Shown: one piece after another, positions 24,223 through 24,719 of the stretch
How positions within the stretch are numbered: position 1 is the first letter of the stretch
Layout: each line of letters opens with the position of its first letter
From: a candidate division WWE3 bacterium
GTDB lineage: Bacteria; Patescibacteriota; WWE3; UBA101185; UBA10185
DNA: 24,719 nucleotides
Reading direction: 5' to 3'
NCBI GenBank assembly: GCA_052035055.1
Contig: JBPOHY010000161.1
Span: 1-24,719, forward strand
Program-made: the position numbers and the translations under genes
Notes under the pieces: generated by a model
The model's input: only the letters and a program-made list of their open reading frames with translations
What the model was told of the DNA's origin: nothing
Database searches by the model: none

Positions 24223-24719
24223 TCATTTTAACTTAAACAACCTTGGATAAATACGTGGATAATGCGGTACGGTGTATTTTGCGATAAACTCTTTGGCTCT
24301 ACTATTATCAAAGTTCATACAATCCGCAGTGTCTACAGACTCCTCATTATTTGGATCACCAACGAGCCATAAAACATTTTTATCTTTGAGTTCATGATAT
24401 AACTCATCAAGGCTGCGAGTTTCATCTGCAAAATAGTAGTGACCCTCAATAAGTTTTTTATCCAAGTCTTTTACAAAAGTTAAAAAGATAGGATTTCCGC
24501 GCAAATGGGTATTTAATATATATTCTCCATCTTTTGTATTATCCGAAATGTATTTATTAAAATCTTTTACCAATCTTATGTATGAGGAATCCATTGGTTT
24601 AGTGAAAAAGGCATCGGAAAGTGCCTCGGCATAGAATCCGAAGGCGTAAATAATGCTCATAGCAATTAACAATAATGTAAATATGTGGCGTAGCAGAAAA
24701 TGTTTGCTGTACTTTTCGA
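24223..24719 (-). CDS. C-terminal part of a membrane protein (possibly ArnT/GT-C-like), 5'-truncated by the window edge
   Basis: The frame of ORF 24223..24672 stays open to the window end (EKYSKHFLLRHIFTLLLIAM...). A last TM helix is followed by a soluble domain. Confidence 0.6.
   Translation of the reverse strand, partial: EKYSKHFLLRHIFTLLLIAMSIIYAFGFYAEALSDAFFTKPMDSSYIRLVKDFNKYISDNTKDGEYILNTHLRGNPIFLTFVKDLDKKLIEGHYYFADETRSLDELYHELKDKNVLWLVGDPNNEESVDTADCMNFDNSRAKEFIAKYTVPHYPRIYPRLFKLK

Noticed and set aside
1-24719. Genetic code 25 (UGA=Gly) as in Gracilibacteria/Absconditabacteria
   Set aside because: Gly-rich ORFs over 1200 aa are uninterrupted under code 11, and smpB ends at TGA at normal length.
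1-24719. CRISPR array, IS element or rRNA
   Set aside because: No regularly spaced direct repeats, transposase motifs, terminal inverted repeats or rRNA signatures were seen.

Overview
About 24.7 kb of gene-dense bacterial DNA in the standard genetic code. It is most consistent with a CPR/Patescibacteria genome (WWE3/Microgenomates-like), an inference from the VirB2-like pilin array, the CPR-type VirB6-like membrane protein and mostly leaderless gene starts. Housekeeping content is two class II tRNA-Ser genes, comF, a fused ABC exporter, tmRNA (ssrA) and smpB. One tRNA-Ser has the ordinary GCT anticodon; the other is an intact, independently promoted gene with the normally absent ACT anticodon. 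The centre (about 6.5-21.9 kb) is a cell-surface/T4SS-like locus: a 1233-aa Cys-rich protein ending in a degenerate lytic-transglycosylase-like domain, a VirB6/TrbL-like protein, a 1247-aa protein ending in an M23-like domain, an Ig-like protein, three small VirB2-like pilins, a 568-aa pilin fused to about 50 Cys with knottin-like spacing, and a coiled-coil SpoIID/LytB protein. The right end holds membrane glycosyl/phosphotransferase-like genes. No integrase, transposase, phage structural gene, rRNA or CRISPR array was seen. All family assignments are from motif recognition by eye; no searches were run.
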